A stretch of DNA of 39,531 nt from Nemertoderma westbladi. Lineage: Eukaryota > Animalia > Xenacoelomorpha. The DNA is taken from NCBI GenBank assembly GCA_032718475.1, contig JAUCBJ010001716.1, positions 1 to 39,531 of the forward strand, given 5' to 3'. Below the pieces are notes generated by a model that did no database searches, was not told where the DNA came from, and was given only the letters and a program-made list of their open reading frames with translations. The stretch's first letter is position 1, and the number at the start of each line of letters is the position of its first letter. Both the position numbers and the translations under genes were made by a program. This document shows, one piece after another, positions 1-11,013 of this stretch.

Positions 1-1354
1 CTTTGAAGGGTGGTGTATTTTCAGTATTTTTTCTATTCCGAAAGGTGCTGATATGGTATGGGTGCCAGGAACTCCTCATATCTCGAAAACTACTGGAGCT
101 ATTAAATTTTTATTTGCCTCACCTGAAAGAGGACATAATTTTAGTTAGGGACAAGTACTTTCGACGCGCTAGACGTATTGTTTCAGGGGTTCTATCTAAG
201 GGAAATAACTGGCCCACTAAATTTAGGGGCTTTGCAGCAGCTTAGCGGGTCGTATCTATAGTAGGTCATGGTGTAACATTACGAAACAACTACTTAAGAA
301 ACACTGCATGTAAATTTTTGTTGTCAAGTAAAGTGTACATTTTTTGAAATTAGTCAAATGTTACAATATGATTATAAATTATAGAAAAAATATTAAAGAC
401 TACTTCAGTAGGCCTAGTCCTTGTATTTATGTACTACGTTCTACTTTATTACATACTACGTAATGTGGTCCTATACGTCTATGCTACAGATACACTATGT
501 CTGAATGAATAATGACTAGCTGTATGTTATGTTATTAATATCGGCAGAATAACAATAAAATATTAATTTTTGCACATGTACGTACAGTAGATTAAAATAA
601 AATGAACACATATCTGGCAATAAAGTACGCTAATAAGCGTATGTACTATTGTAAGAAAAATACGGATAATGGTATTCAGGTAAAATTAGTAAAATAATTA
701 AAATTATGGTTTATTTACAGTACGGGATATGTACAGGACAAGTCTGGTGTAAATGTAATTCCAAAATCACGTTCCTCGGTTGCCGATAAAAGTGTCCGTC
801 CATTCATTGTGTAAAACGTTGCTTGGGGATTTCTAGAACATAGATGTATGCATGACCTTGCACTTGGAGTCATTGAACTGTAATTTCCAATGGTTACACA
901 TGTGTGTCGGTAATAAATTGTTTCATTATCAATAGTGCCATAGTATAAGTCGTTTTGTTTTATTCACTGTTCAACTTCATTCTGTCTGCCTGTTTTATTA
1001 TATGTGCAGTTTTATTTATACGCTTCTATGACAGCGGTGTCTCCATCCAAATAATATAATATAATATAAATATAGCTTATACAATACAGCAATATTATGT
1101 AAAATAAATAAACTATATTGACCAATAGCAATAATGACTGATCAGCTGATAGCTGGAACTGTGATAGCCTACCTGCCTACTGCTGTACTACATAACAGCA
1201 TAAGGTGAAATACGTAAATAAATGACCAGTTGCAGTCAGCCAGTGCTGCAGTGTGAGTTTCCTTTCTGCCTCCTGAATGGCCAGTTGTTATTGTGTTGCT
1301 GTGCTGTTGGTCTGATGAACGCATGTCTGCTGTTTCAGTCTCACTGTCTGCCTG

Positions 1355-1668
1355 GTGCTAGGTTCGGCTGATTTATGCCAGTCTGCGCCAGGCAAATATG
1401 TATACGCCGGGTGTGCTGGGCTGATTCCTGCTCCGGCGCCGCGTCAATTTCTGCAGCGTCGACGCCGGGAATATTTCGACGCCTGCTGCGCCGAGCGCAG
1501 CATCTCTACCATTGCCAGTGCTCCGCCGGCTACGCCGGCGTAGCACATCTCTGCGCCGACCCTTCCGGCTCATTGCCCGGCGTAGCACATTTCTGCGCCA
1601 GCTCCCGGCGCAAGTTCTAGTGCTGCGCCGAACGTGCTCGGCGTACATGTAAAACTTTTCAATAGGGG
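1355..1668. repeat. GC-rich fragment of a probable non-autonomous DNA transposon
   Basis: GC-rich island with recurrent CTGCGCC and two near-identical CCGGCGTAGCACAT(C/T)TCTGCGCC copies (~1535, ~1577). It ends in TTTTCAATAGGGG, which looks like one TIR end. No partner TIR was found in the window. Confidence 0.4.
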
Positions 1669-2132
1669 CTGTATCCCTGTAACCTTCTAAAAAATCATAT
1701 CAAACTGGTGTAGGCCTACAGGCCTACCGACCGCTACCGTTATCGGGGTACCAGTTGGGGTAATTAGCTAGGGCCTACTTAATTCTAAATTAGGGTTGCA
1801 TGACATTTTTAATTAAGGCAGTAAGGTTTCGTTTCGGCCTGTCGGCCGCGCGCCTCTCTGCCAGTACATTGTACATATACTGATATACTGATATAAGCAA
1901 GTACCGGTACATTGCACTGAATTGTTTATCATTATTATTTATTTTTGTATATTTACTTCAACATGTACACAAAAGTACAATTGTTGATTGTAACATAGTC
2001 AAAACTTATTGCACCAGATGAGTATAATAATAATAACCCTTCACCAGAGAAGGAACTAGTGTATCTCAGAAGGCATATTGTATTTAGTGTAGTTATACCT
2101 AAATTGAATTGTAACTACGTCTAGAGTGTATG

Positions 2133-5100
2133 TTAATTTTGGCCTAAAATTATGGAGCGAAGTGAAAACGCGTTGTACAAAAACAGGGAGAGATTTTTAA
2201 CTATTGTTGGATCGGTGTACTGTAGAATCCTACGGTATTTGTACATAGATGGGAACCTACTGTATTGGGGTGGCAGGTATTGTTCGCGTAAGCTACTGTA
2301 TATTGGGCATTCGAGAAGGAAGTGGTATTCTGATTCAATACGCCCCAAGTTGCATACTGGACATAGCCTGTTCAACCGTGGGATATTGTACCAGCGTCCT
2401 TCTTCGATTTTTAATCTATGTGAAGTGCATCGGAAACTAGCTATTGTACGTTTCAGAGTGGGGTAATTTTTAAGAACTATAAGGTACGGTTCGGTTCGAA
2501 ATGTATCTTTGACATAAAAGTCGCCTTTTGGGGAATTCTCTAGGGTTGACCACCAATTTTGGATATACTGACTCTGTAGCGTATCCCTCACCTTTGCTAG
2601 GAACTCCCTCCCGTTTGGTACTGATTGCGCTTCCCAAGCCCAAGAAAATCCCAAATTATTAAGTGTATCCCGAACCCCTGACGTCCAATTTGGAACCCTT
2701 TGAGAATTAAGCCCTTCCACTGATATGAGATATACCCGTTTTACTAATCTATATGATGGCAATGACAATAATCGTAACCAGAATTTTATAATCCCAATGG
2801 TTCGGTCAATTGTCAACGGGAAGACACCGGTTTCTCCATAGACTATAAAGTCTGGCGTTGAAGTTTTCACACCCAAAACATTTTTCAGAAATTTCAGCTG
2901 TAGTTTTTCTGTGTCCCTCCCTTTTGTGAATCCCCATACCTCAGATCCATACAGCAAAATAGGCTTAATCAAACTGTTAAAGAGATGTCGTTTTAGGTCA
3001 AAACCGATGTTTGGGAATGAGTTCATATAGCGGCAGAGCGTGTAGTAAGATTTGTTTGCCTTCTCAGTCAATATTTCTTGAGCCTTAATAAATTTTCCTG
3101 TTGAAGTAAAGGTAATTCCAAGGTACGTGTAATGAGGTACAACTTTCATACCTACTCCTTTATATGTCCAAGTTTCATGTGCCGCTTGGGTGCCCCCTTG
3201 TCTAAATATAACAATATTTGATTTAGTCAAATTTACAGTCAGCCCCCAAAAAGTACAGTAGCAACCTAGAGTATCAAGTGAAGCTTGCAACCCCGCCACA
3301 GTATTAGCCAGTAGAAGAATGTCATCTGCAAAAAGTAGCAGATAGAGTTTAAATAAGCCAACGTCTACACCAGTGGCATTTCCTTTGCTCAGCTCAGCTT
3401 CTAAATCGTTAATGAACAAAACGAATAGAAAAGGGCTAAGGCATTCGCCCTGCCTGACTCCAACTAGACAGTTAAAGGAATCCGACATATTGTCCCCCCA
3501 GATGACTCTTGTTTTGGCAGCGGCGTACATACTTTTTATTATTTTATAAACTTTCCCTGAAAATCCCAATGCATTAAGTTTAAACCATAGAGCACTTCTA
3601 TCAATCATATCAAATGCCTTCTGCAGATCTATGAAGGCGCAATAAAACTTACAACCTTTGGATTTATTTAAGTACTGCGTTATCAGGTTGCTAAGTATAA
3701 ATAACTGGTCAGTCGTCCTGTAACCAGGGCGAAAACCAGCCTGGGAATCAATAATTATTCCAAAGGCATCCTCCCACCACTGTAAGCGTGCGTTTATAGC
3801 CGCTGTAAACAACTTTCCTAAAACGCTAAGTAAAGAGATTCCCCGATAGTAATTTGCGTCAGCACGATTGCCTTTGTTTTTATAAATTGGAATTAAGTCC
3901 GCAAGTGCCCATTGTGAGGGAAAAATTCCAGAATATAACACAGCGTTAAAAAGCGCAGTAATTATTGGAGACAAATGTTCACAGCCCAAAATAAAAATAT
4001 TTGTGTCGAGTTCATCAGGCCCCGCCGCTTTACCGCGTTTTAATCTATTGATAGCATTATTCATCTCAGCCTCACAAAACGGTTCGCTTAGGAAATTTTC
4101 GAATATTTCTCTGCTGAGATTTACATTCGAATTTTCAGGCGGGATGTACCCAATATCCGTGAACTCAAACTCACTTGTATTATTTAGTTTGCGAAAATGG
4201 TTTTCTAATTTGTCCAGACAAATACCTGATGTGTTGTTACTTGTATTTCCAGCAGCGGACTTTAACAACTTCCAAAGCTTTTTGCTGTCACAACTTTTAA
4301 CTGAAAGAAGCTTATTGGACTGCTTCAATTTGTACTCATACTTAGCCCTCCGCAATGATTTGGAGTACGCACTGCGGGAATTAACTAGGATAATGTGGTC
4401 ATCCGGAGAAGATGAATTTTTCCACCTGTTCAGAGCTCTACGAAAAATATACTTATTTTCTGCACACTCTGGAGTATACCATGGGTGTGAAAAAAGATTT
4501 TTGTGATCGGATACATCAACTGAATTTTGTTTGGTCTCATAACTATATGTAGCATCAAGGAGGACTTTGTTAAAATCATCAACTATTGTATCAATTGTTG
4601 ATTGAGTGAATTCACATTCTAGAATTTTGTCAACAATTGAATCTAACTGAATCTTAGTATGATCAGAGTCGATATTATTTTTGAATTTTAGCTCATGTTT
4701 CAAGTCCCACTTGTGTTTGTGTTTCACATGCAATGCATGTGATTTACTGTCGCGCGATTCTGTACCCGCAGCCGCACCAGAAAATTCGTAAACGGGCTGT
4801 TGCAAATTTATACGCCTTATGGAAAAAGAAATAACACAATGTTGTGAAAATATATTTTGTGGACTAATAATAAATTCTGTAACGATATTAAGTAAATTAG
4901 TCCTAGCTAGTACGTAGTCAATAGCAGAGCGGCCTATTACCCCTCTAGTGGAACAATGACTATAGAATGAGAAATTACCCATTCCCTTGTCCTGGCCAAC
5001 TCTGCCATTTGCAATTCTCAGACCGGTAGATTTACATAAGTCCAGAAGGCGCCGTCCATACGCATTGAAAACACTGTCTTTGTTTACTCTAATTTTCGGT

Positions 5101-5807
5101 ATACTACCCCACGTTTCTAAACTATCTGGAATGTAATCAGGGGGAAGTAGATTACTAAAATCAGGTGTATCGATGCCGTCAAATTCTATGAAATCTGGTC
5201 TACAGGCAGTTCTAGCATTTAAATCACCTACTAAAATCACGTCCCCTTTATTACTATAGCAACCAATACCCTTTTCGATAGTATCAAAAAGAGAAATACA
5301 ATCGGCCACGTGTACTTTACTACTCGACGGAGGTATGTAGGCAGCACAAATAATAAGATCTTTATTTAATCCTAGTAATTCTTTATTTAATTTAAACCAA
5401 CGAATGTCCTCCCGAGAAAATTCTTCTAGCATTGTTATACCACTTGCATATTCATTGCGGACATAAACAGTCAACCCCCCACTAAATCGCTTTGCCCTGC
5501 TATGCTTGAATTTTCTCGGATAGTTAAAAGACATATAACCAACAATTTCTATATTTGCGGAACAGGTTGGATTTAGCCAAGTTTCAGCGCAGATAAATAT
5601 GTCAGACAGGGCAACGCGAGAATGGAAGTCTGGTTCCGCTAGGCACGACAAAAGACCTTCAACATTAAGGAAATCTACTATAAAATGTAAATTGTTAGGT
5701 AGGACTACCGAGGACCTGGTAATGTTGGAGTTAAAATCAGTTTGCTCTGAATAGTTGTTAGTTAATCCGGATGTGGAGGAGCGTCCTCTATTAAATCCGA
5801 TGGTGTA
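2133..5807 (-). CDS. LINE ORF2: APE endonuclease + reverse transcriptase + C-terminal CCHC zinc knuckle
   Basis: Endonuclease motifs FLNVEGL, AETW, YIPP, GDLNAR, IDY and SQH. RT motifs YRGISLL, QAGFR, FIDLQKAFD, GVRQGECLSP, LLFADD and YLG. C-terminal CPVC..ESEYHFLLEC. The frame is open from 5807 (after TAA at 5810-5808) to 2133 with no ATG before the first endonuclease motif; the ORF-track start at 5651 is a TTG inside the domain. Confidence 0.93.
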   Translation of the reverse strand, partial: YTIGFNRGRSSTSGLTNNYSEQTDFNSNITRSSVVLPNNLHFIVDFLNVEGLLSCLAEPDFHSRVALSDIFICAETWLNPTCSANIEIVGYMSFNYPRKFKHSRAKRFSGGLTVYVRNEYASGITMLEEFSREDIRWFKLNKELLGLNKDLIICAAYIPPSSSKVHVADCISLFDTIEKGIGCYSNKGDVILVGDLNARTACRPDFIEFDGIDTPDFSNLLPPDYIPDSLETWGSIPKIRVNKDSVFNAYGRRLLDLCKSTGLRIANGRVGQDKGMGNFSFYSHCSTRGVIGRSAIDYVLARTNLLNIVTEFIISPQNIFSQHCVISFSIRRINLQQPVYEFSGAAAGTESRDSKSHALHVKHKHKWDLKHELKFKNNIDSDHTKIQLDSIVDKILECEFTQSTIDTIVDDFNKVLLDATYSYETKQNSVDVSDHKNLFSHPWYTPECAENKYIFRRALNRWKNSSSPDDHIILVNSRSAYSKSLRRAKYEYKLKQSNKLLSVKSCDSKKLWKLLKSAAGNTSNNTSGICLDKLENHFRKLNNTSEFEFTDIGYIPPENSNVNLSREIFENFLSEPFCEAEMNNAINRLKRGKAAGPDELDTNIFILGCEHLSPIITALFNAVLYSGIFPSQWALADLIPIYKNKGNRADANYYRGISLLSVLGKLFTAAINARLQWWEDAFGIIIDSQAGFRPGYRTTDQLFILSNLITQYLNKSKGCKFYCAFIDLQKAFDMIDRSALWFKLNALGFSGKVYKIIKSMYAAAKTRVIWGDNMSDSFNCLVGVRQGECLSPFLFVLFINDLEAELSKGNATGVDVGLFKLYLLLFADDILLLANTVAGLQASLDTLGCYCTFWGLTVNLTKSNIVIFRQGGTQAAHETWTYKGVGMKVVPHYTYLGITFTSTGKFIKAQEILTEKANKSYYTLCRYMNSFPNIGFDLKRHLFNSLIKPILLYGSEVWGFTKGRDTEKLQLKFLKNVLGVKTSTPDFIVYGETGVFPLTIDRTIGIIKFWLRLLSLPSYRLVKRVYLISVEGLNSQRVPNWTSGVRDTLNNLGFSWAWEAQSVPNGREFLAKVRDTLQSQYIQNWWSTLENSPKGDFYVKDTFRTEPYLIVLKNYPTLKRTIASFRCTSHRLKIEEGRWYNIPRLNRLCPVCNLGRIESEYHFLLECPIYSSLREQYLPPQYSRFPSMYKYRRILQYTDPTIVKNLSLFLYNAFSLRSIILGQN

Positions 5808-5983
5808 TTATACGTGTTGTTGCCCATGGGATGACCTTCAGTGGATGAACCCGTTTCTGGGTTACCGCTAGTACTTGGTAGCCCATAGGTATTATTTGAC
5901 GGTATGGTTTTTCTTGCGATCTCCCATTCTGGGATTCCAGAATTGGACTGTGAAATTCCAGATATGGCTGTTTCGGCAGTACC

Positions 5984-7888
5984 TTAGCGAAGTACTATTT
6001 TAGGTACAGCTGTGGCAGGGACAAGAGACTGGAGCGACTCACTAGCTACATGATTGTTTGGCATCTGGTGGTTAATTATTTCACAATCCTCTATATTGAG
6101 TGAAATAGTTCTATTTCTACCTGTAACTACAGAATCTACTGGTTTTGTGGCTGACTCCTCATCCACGCTAATATCTAGTACATCGAACCTATTAGATACA
6201 GGTATACCCGGAGATGTTCTATCTAGCATGGGCGTACTAACTACATTACCGGTGCCGCCTACTACGGTCCAAGTACTACTATTTGCTACAGTATCCCCTA
6301 GAGAAATTGGTGAAACATTTTGAACAGTAGCCAATACTACACCAGTGCTGCTGTACTGGTGGGCTGCGCCACCATTAGTATCAAAAGTTTCACTTTGACG
6401 GGAACTATTGGGTCTGAGAGATACACCAGTCGAGACATTGTTAGTAAGTGATGTGGATGTTAGTGGGTTAGAGTCAGAATTGTTAAAATGAATTGAGTTA
6501 TATGGACTGATACAGCTATAATGAATGAAGTTACTGTTAGTCGGGTTATTATTTGTTGTGATGCTACCACCATTAGCATTAACATTGAGACTAGTACCGG
6601 TAGATGAGTTGTTAAAATTACCAAAGCTATTAACATTACCACAGTTAGGAACCAGTGCAGTTCTTTGGATGTGATGATAACTGGGGTTATATGGTTCGAA
6701 ATGATGTTGAGGTTGGTAGTAGGCCATGTTGTTCGTTGATGAGTTGCCGAGGTTGCGATATCGTAGAGGTTGAGATATTCCGGAATATGGGTGACGAGCC
6801 AAGTTTGGAGCACATTGACTGGATACACTGGGATTAATATTAATAATGTCTGAGAGCCTCACATTAGGATTCTCGTAAACTTCCCATCCGTTTATTTTGG
6901 TGCCGTTTAAGTACAGGTTATTTCCCCGCAACGAGTTGGTTACACCAGCGCGTCGGGCTTCCCGCGATAAACGTGATAGTGTATCACGCTGTTGTCTGAG
7001 CTCATAGGGGAGATCTTCAAGAAACTTTAAAGGCGAATCTCTCAACAGGTTACGACCTGCTGTAAGGACGGCGTTCCTGGTCTTTAGACTTAAAAATTCG
7101 ACTTTAATGGGACGTTTAGAGTTCGGTTTTATCGCGCCGATCCAGAATGCTCGTTCGATATTCAGCTGAGACGATATTTGTAATTTAGTAGTTATAATTT
7201 CTGCAATTAGAGCTTCAACAACCTCACCTCGATTCTCCACTGCCCCAGTAAGAAGTAAACAACGACTGGAGTTCTGCTTCTCCGATTCAACGTGGCATCT
7301 ATGGAGACGTTGTATATTCGATCTATTGGTTTGAATATCTCCTGCTGCCTTCCCCAATGCAAGGTTTAGCTCGTCAACACCGGCCTTGATATCCGGAATC
7401 ATTTCTAGGTAGAACGATAAACCCGGTTGGCCTATTGTCGGACCAGTGCGAGTGTCACTACGATCGCTGAATAGGCTTCCATGGACTGGTGGGGTGCACG
7501 GATAACCATGGTTTTGGGTTTGCCACCTAGTGTTTTCGAAACCTGTGGCGCTGGAATCCGAACCTGCCAGCCTCTGGGCGGCATATTGCTGGGGAAACTC
7601 GGATAGACGTTGACCCACCTGTGGAGGGTTGGGCGAATCATTGCTTGTGACACGTGGGCGTTTGTGAGAAGGCTTTCCGAGGCAGGGACCGTTACCGGAA
7701 GTAGGCCCTCTTGTACCAGTAGACCAAACGGGAAATGACGATGTAGCTAGTGTACCGGTATTTGGTATGAAAATAGGTTCATTTATTATTATCTGGGAGT
7801 TATTAGCTTCGATAAGTTCAATTTGAGTCGCCTCTCCGTAGCAGACGGAACCATCTAGCATATTAGTAACCCCGGTATTTGTATTCAT
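5984..7888 (-). CDS. LINE ORF1 nucleic-acid-binding protein (L1-ORF1/Transposase_22-like coiled-coil, RRM and CTD core)
   Basis: Core segment SRCLLLTGAVE...LNIERAFWIG...KRPIKVEF...FLEDLPYELRQQR...LYLNG, flanked by low-complexity S/N/T-rich regions and positioned directly upstream of ORF2. The same frame stays open past the 5984 stop until 5762. Confidence 0.82.
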   Translation of the reverse strand: MNTNTGVTNMLDGSVCYGEATQIELIEANNSQIIINEPIFIPNTGTLATSSFPVWSTGTRGPTSGNGPCLGKPSHKRPRVTSNDSPNPPQVGQRLSEFPQQYAAQRLAGSDSSATGFENTRWQTQNHGYPCTPPVHGSLFSDRSDTRTGPTIGQPGLSFYLEMIPDIKAGVDELNLALGKAAGDIQTNRSNIQRLHRCHVESEKQNSSRCLLLTGAVENRGEVVEALIAEIITTKLQISSQLNIERAFWIGAIKPNSKRPIKVEFLSLKTRNAVLTAGRNLLRDSPLKFLEDLPYELRQQRDTLSRLSREARRAGVTNSLRGNNLYLNGTKINGWEVYENPNVRLSDIININPSVSSQCAPNLARHPYSGISQPLRYRNLGNSSTNNMAYYQPQHHFEPYNPSYHHIQRTALVPNCGNVNSFGNFNNSSTGTSLNVNANGGSITTNNNPTNSNFIHYSCISPYNSIHFNNSDSNPLTSTSLTNNVSTGVSLRPNSSRQSETFDTNGGAAHQYSSTGVVLATVQNVSPISLGDTVANSSTWTVVGGTGNVVSTPMLDRTSPGIPVSNRFDVLDISVDEESATKPVDSVVTGRNRTISLNIEDCEIINHQMPNNHVASESLQSLVPATAVPKIVLR

Positions 7889-9286
7889 ATTGTTTCTTCT
7901 GGTGAGTTCAGTATTACTCGATTACTGTATACTATATCAATAACAGAATACAGAATAATAAATAATAATTGATAATAATAATAATAATCATGTATATTTC
8001 TTCTAGTACTGTAGTACAGTAGTAGGCCTTGGTACCGATACAGCAGTATAGTACAGTAGTAGGCCTTGGTACAATATGCCTTGGTACAATACTGTTAAAT
8101 AACTTGTTTAGATTATTATAAACATTTCAGCATTTAGTCAATTTGCATTAGCCTCAACTTTTTTAGTCCAATTGTCCAATCCGTACTAAATTCGTTATTC
8201 CTGTATTCTGGTATTCTATGCTACGAATTTAATAAAAATCTAGGTGAACTGTGAACACACCCCCCCCCCCCCCCCACCCCCCCTTCTGCCGGTACAATAT
8301 AGTACAAAAGCCTGAAAGCTGGTTACAGTGTCAATAGCGGCCTTCTGGCAGTCTGGCCTTGGTTCTGTGGTCAAGTATGAAAGGATTGATAGAACTTTGA
8401 TTCATGTAGATTTTGACTGGCATACTGCATACGTAGTAAAAGTTAGTAGGCTACTGTTTCGTTTGTATAATACAATACAGCAATATAATGCAATACGGCT
8501 GTACGGTAATACTTAGCTGCTATGCTGTGGGTGGATATAAACTCGTATAACTGAGACTCGAAATTTAGGTCATAGTCTTAAAGTAGCCCATAAACTGAAG
8601 GATAGACTGTATACTACACCGTGTGCTAGTGCTACGTGCTACGTATAGACTACGTTATGTAGGCTATGTACAGATGTATGTATGCCTCTTTCTGGCAACT
8701 TTATTGAGTTATCCTTCTGCAATTTTGCGTGCTTGGCAGCTTGGGACCGTTTTTTATGTTTTTCTAACACAAAAAGCTGCATTAAACTCATAAGATTGTA
8801 TTATTGTCATACTTTCTGACAGCTAGATTAGTCATAATCTAAGAATTTCCGCTAAATTTATTAGATTATGACTTAGGGTTAGGCTGTTAGGGTTACATGA
8901 CACTTTTAATTAGGGTTGAGGCCTGACAAACTAACCGTAAACAAAATAATAAACCAAACCATCTTTGAAAGAATAAATGGTTATGATAGGCCTATATCTG
9001 TATATGGCATGACAATACAGCGATATGCCTGCCTGGATATGACAGTGTACCGGTAACTGTCTGACTAAAGGCAGATAGGCAGAAAGGTGGTTTACAACAG
9101 TGGCCTACAAGTAACAAAAAGTGTGGGTACCGGAAACTGCATTGAGCCAATGCTTTGGTGGTGCAATCTGATTAATTCTCTATGTTCTGTTCACCATGAG
9201 CTTTTATACCTGACATAATCGGATTATTGATCTAAAATGTACACCCAGTGAAAATCTGAAGACCAAACAGCCAAACCTGCAAACTG

Positions 9287-10550
9287 GGGTGCTGGTCACC
9301 TCGCCTCACTGCCACTTCGCCGCAAGTCATCTCGCTGCAGATAATGTGCGGCGAGGTGTCTTGCGGCGAGGTGTCTCACTATAAATGCAATTTCGCCGCA
9401 TATTATCGGACACCTCGCCGCAAGTCAATATAAATCATTTATTTCTATATTTACACGAAAGCCTACTTATGGCATTGGACATTATTATAAGAAGAAATAA
9501 AATAATACGGTAAGGTTTGTTGTTATATTATAATTACTGTATTATATTACATGTTATCATAGATACTGTACAGTAAGAGTATTTGAGTAACGTATTAGAT
9601 TATAGTAAAATACGGTCATAAAGATTCATAGAGGACTATGAATAACATATAATGAGTATTCTGACATAGAGGTCAGATCAGAATACGGTCATTTAAGTTG
9701 TTTCCATGTCATTGATTACGGTACTTTGCAGCGTTACGAGTAATTTTCCAGAACACTGTTAAGTTGGCATAATGTACTGTCAGACTGTAACAATAACTAT
9801 TTACGTACATGTACAATGTACTAAGTACGGAAACGGAAGTAAGGCAACATAATGTAATAAGGTTAATACAGTAATACTGTATGTTTATGTTAAATCTTAA
9901 TTACAAATGTAATGTTCTTAGTGGATTGATATACTGTACTTATATTTGTTGTCCAGTTATCAGACACTTTTTTTGTTAAGAGCAAAATTATGGTCGAATT
10001 ACATTTCAAATTAATTTTCATGACATTAATAATAATCAATAATATTGCATTAAATATTATAATTTTTTTTAAATTTCTTACATTACCTATTCTATTTATT
10101 TGTGTGGAATTAATATCGCACTACCAAATCGCCAGGACAAATTTAAAGAAATTCCAACAAATAATTATTTATTACATGGGAAAAAAGTAGAACTTTTTTC
10201 ACTATTCTCGAGGCATTTTTAATATGTTACTCAAATACCGGTACTCTTACTGTATCTATAATAATACAGTAATTATAATAGAACAACAAACCTTACTGCC
10301 TTACCGTCTGACCGTATTATTTTATTTTATTTTATAATACATAATGTCCAATGCCATACTGCCATAACTAGGCTTCCCTGTGTAAATATAGAAATAAATG
10401 ATTAATATTGCCTTGCGGCGAGGTGTCCGATAATTTGCGGCGAAATGGCATTCACAGTGAGACACCTCGCCGCAAAGACACCTCGCCGCACATTATCTGC
10501 GGCGAGGTGACCTGCGGCGAAGTGGCAGTGCGGCGAGGTGACCAGCACCC
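9287..10550. mobile_element. Mutator-like (MULE/foldback) non-autonomous element with ~310-bp TIRs
   Basis: Ends GGGTGCTGGTCACCTCGCC / GGCGAGGTGACCAGCACCC. Long imperfect inverted arms (~9287-9597 vs ~10219-10550) contain repeated GCGGCGAGGTG. Perfect 9-bp TSD TGCAAACTG at 9278-9286 and 10551-10559. Confidence 0.9.
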
Positions 10551-10590
10551 TGCAAACTGCGAGTGGTTGGTTTTGGGTATGGTATACAGT

Positions 10591-11013
10591 TAGTAAACGA
10601 CCGGGCCGGGTTCAAACCCGGGCTGGGTTGGGGTGACCCGGACCTGGAACCGGCAAAAAATACGCCGGGTACCGGGTTTTATTAAAATTAAGCAATTTGC
10701 GTGAATGACAATGACAAGCCTGTTTGACATACCTATATACCAGTATACGTAGGTTCCATGTACACAAAGTTGTCTAAAGCAGTAGGTAGTCAGGTAGTAG
10801 TAGCATCTTCTTAGATTTTATATCATATTCGATTTTTTTTTTCAATTTTTTTCTTTTGATTTATCATTTTTTTTCGATTTTTTTTTATTTGTATCATTTT
10901 TGATACCACATTTTGGTATCACAAGTGTTGACCCGGACCCGGACCCTGCGTTTTTGAGACTGACCCGGACCCGGAACCGGACCCGGCAAAATGTTCGACC
11001 CGGTCGTTTACTA
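10591..11013. mobile_element. hAT-family MITE
   Basis: 15-bp TIR TAGTAAACGACCGGG / CCCGGTCGTTTACTA, subterminal ACCCGG repeats, and a perfect 8-bp TSD TATACAGT (10583-10590, 11014-11021). Confidence 0.92.

Larger units (their letters stand above)
1926..7950 (-). mobile_element. Near full-length non-LTR retrotransposon (LINE; RTE-X-like, clade tentative)
   Basis: ORF1 and ORF2 lie on the minus strand. The short 3' UTR ends in AATAAA plus a TAA-type microsatellite tail (~1926-1945). The 5' boundary is approximate and no TSD was identified. Confidence 0.9.

Noticed and set aside
1355-1648. Three short overlapping ORFs
   Set aside because: They arise from a GC-rich repeat with few stop codons and show no recognisable protein motifs.
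8260-8283. Poly-C run (and poly-G run near 27546-27569) as functional elements
   Set aside because: Simple homopolymers with nothing beyond generic G-quadruplex potential; their lengths are unreliable in assemblies.
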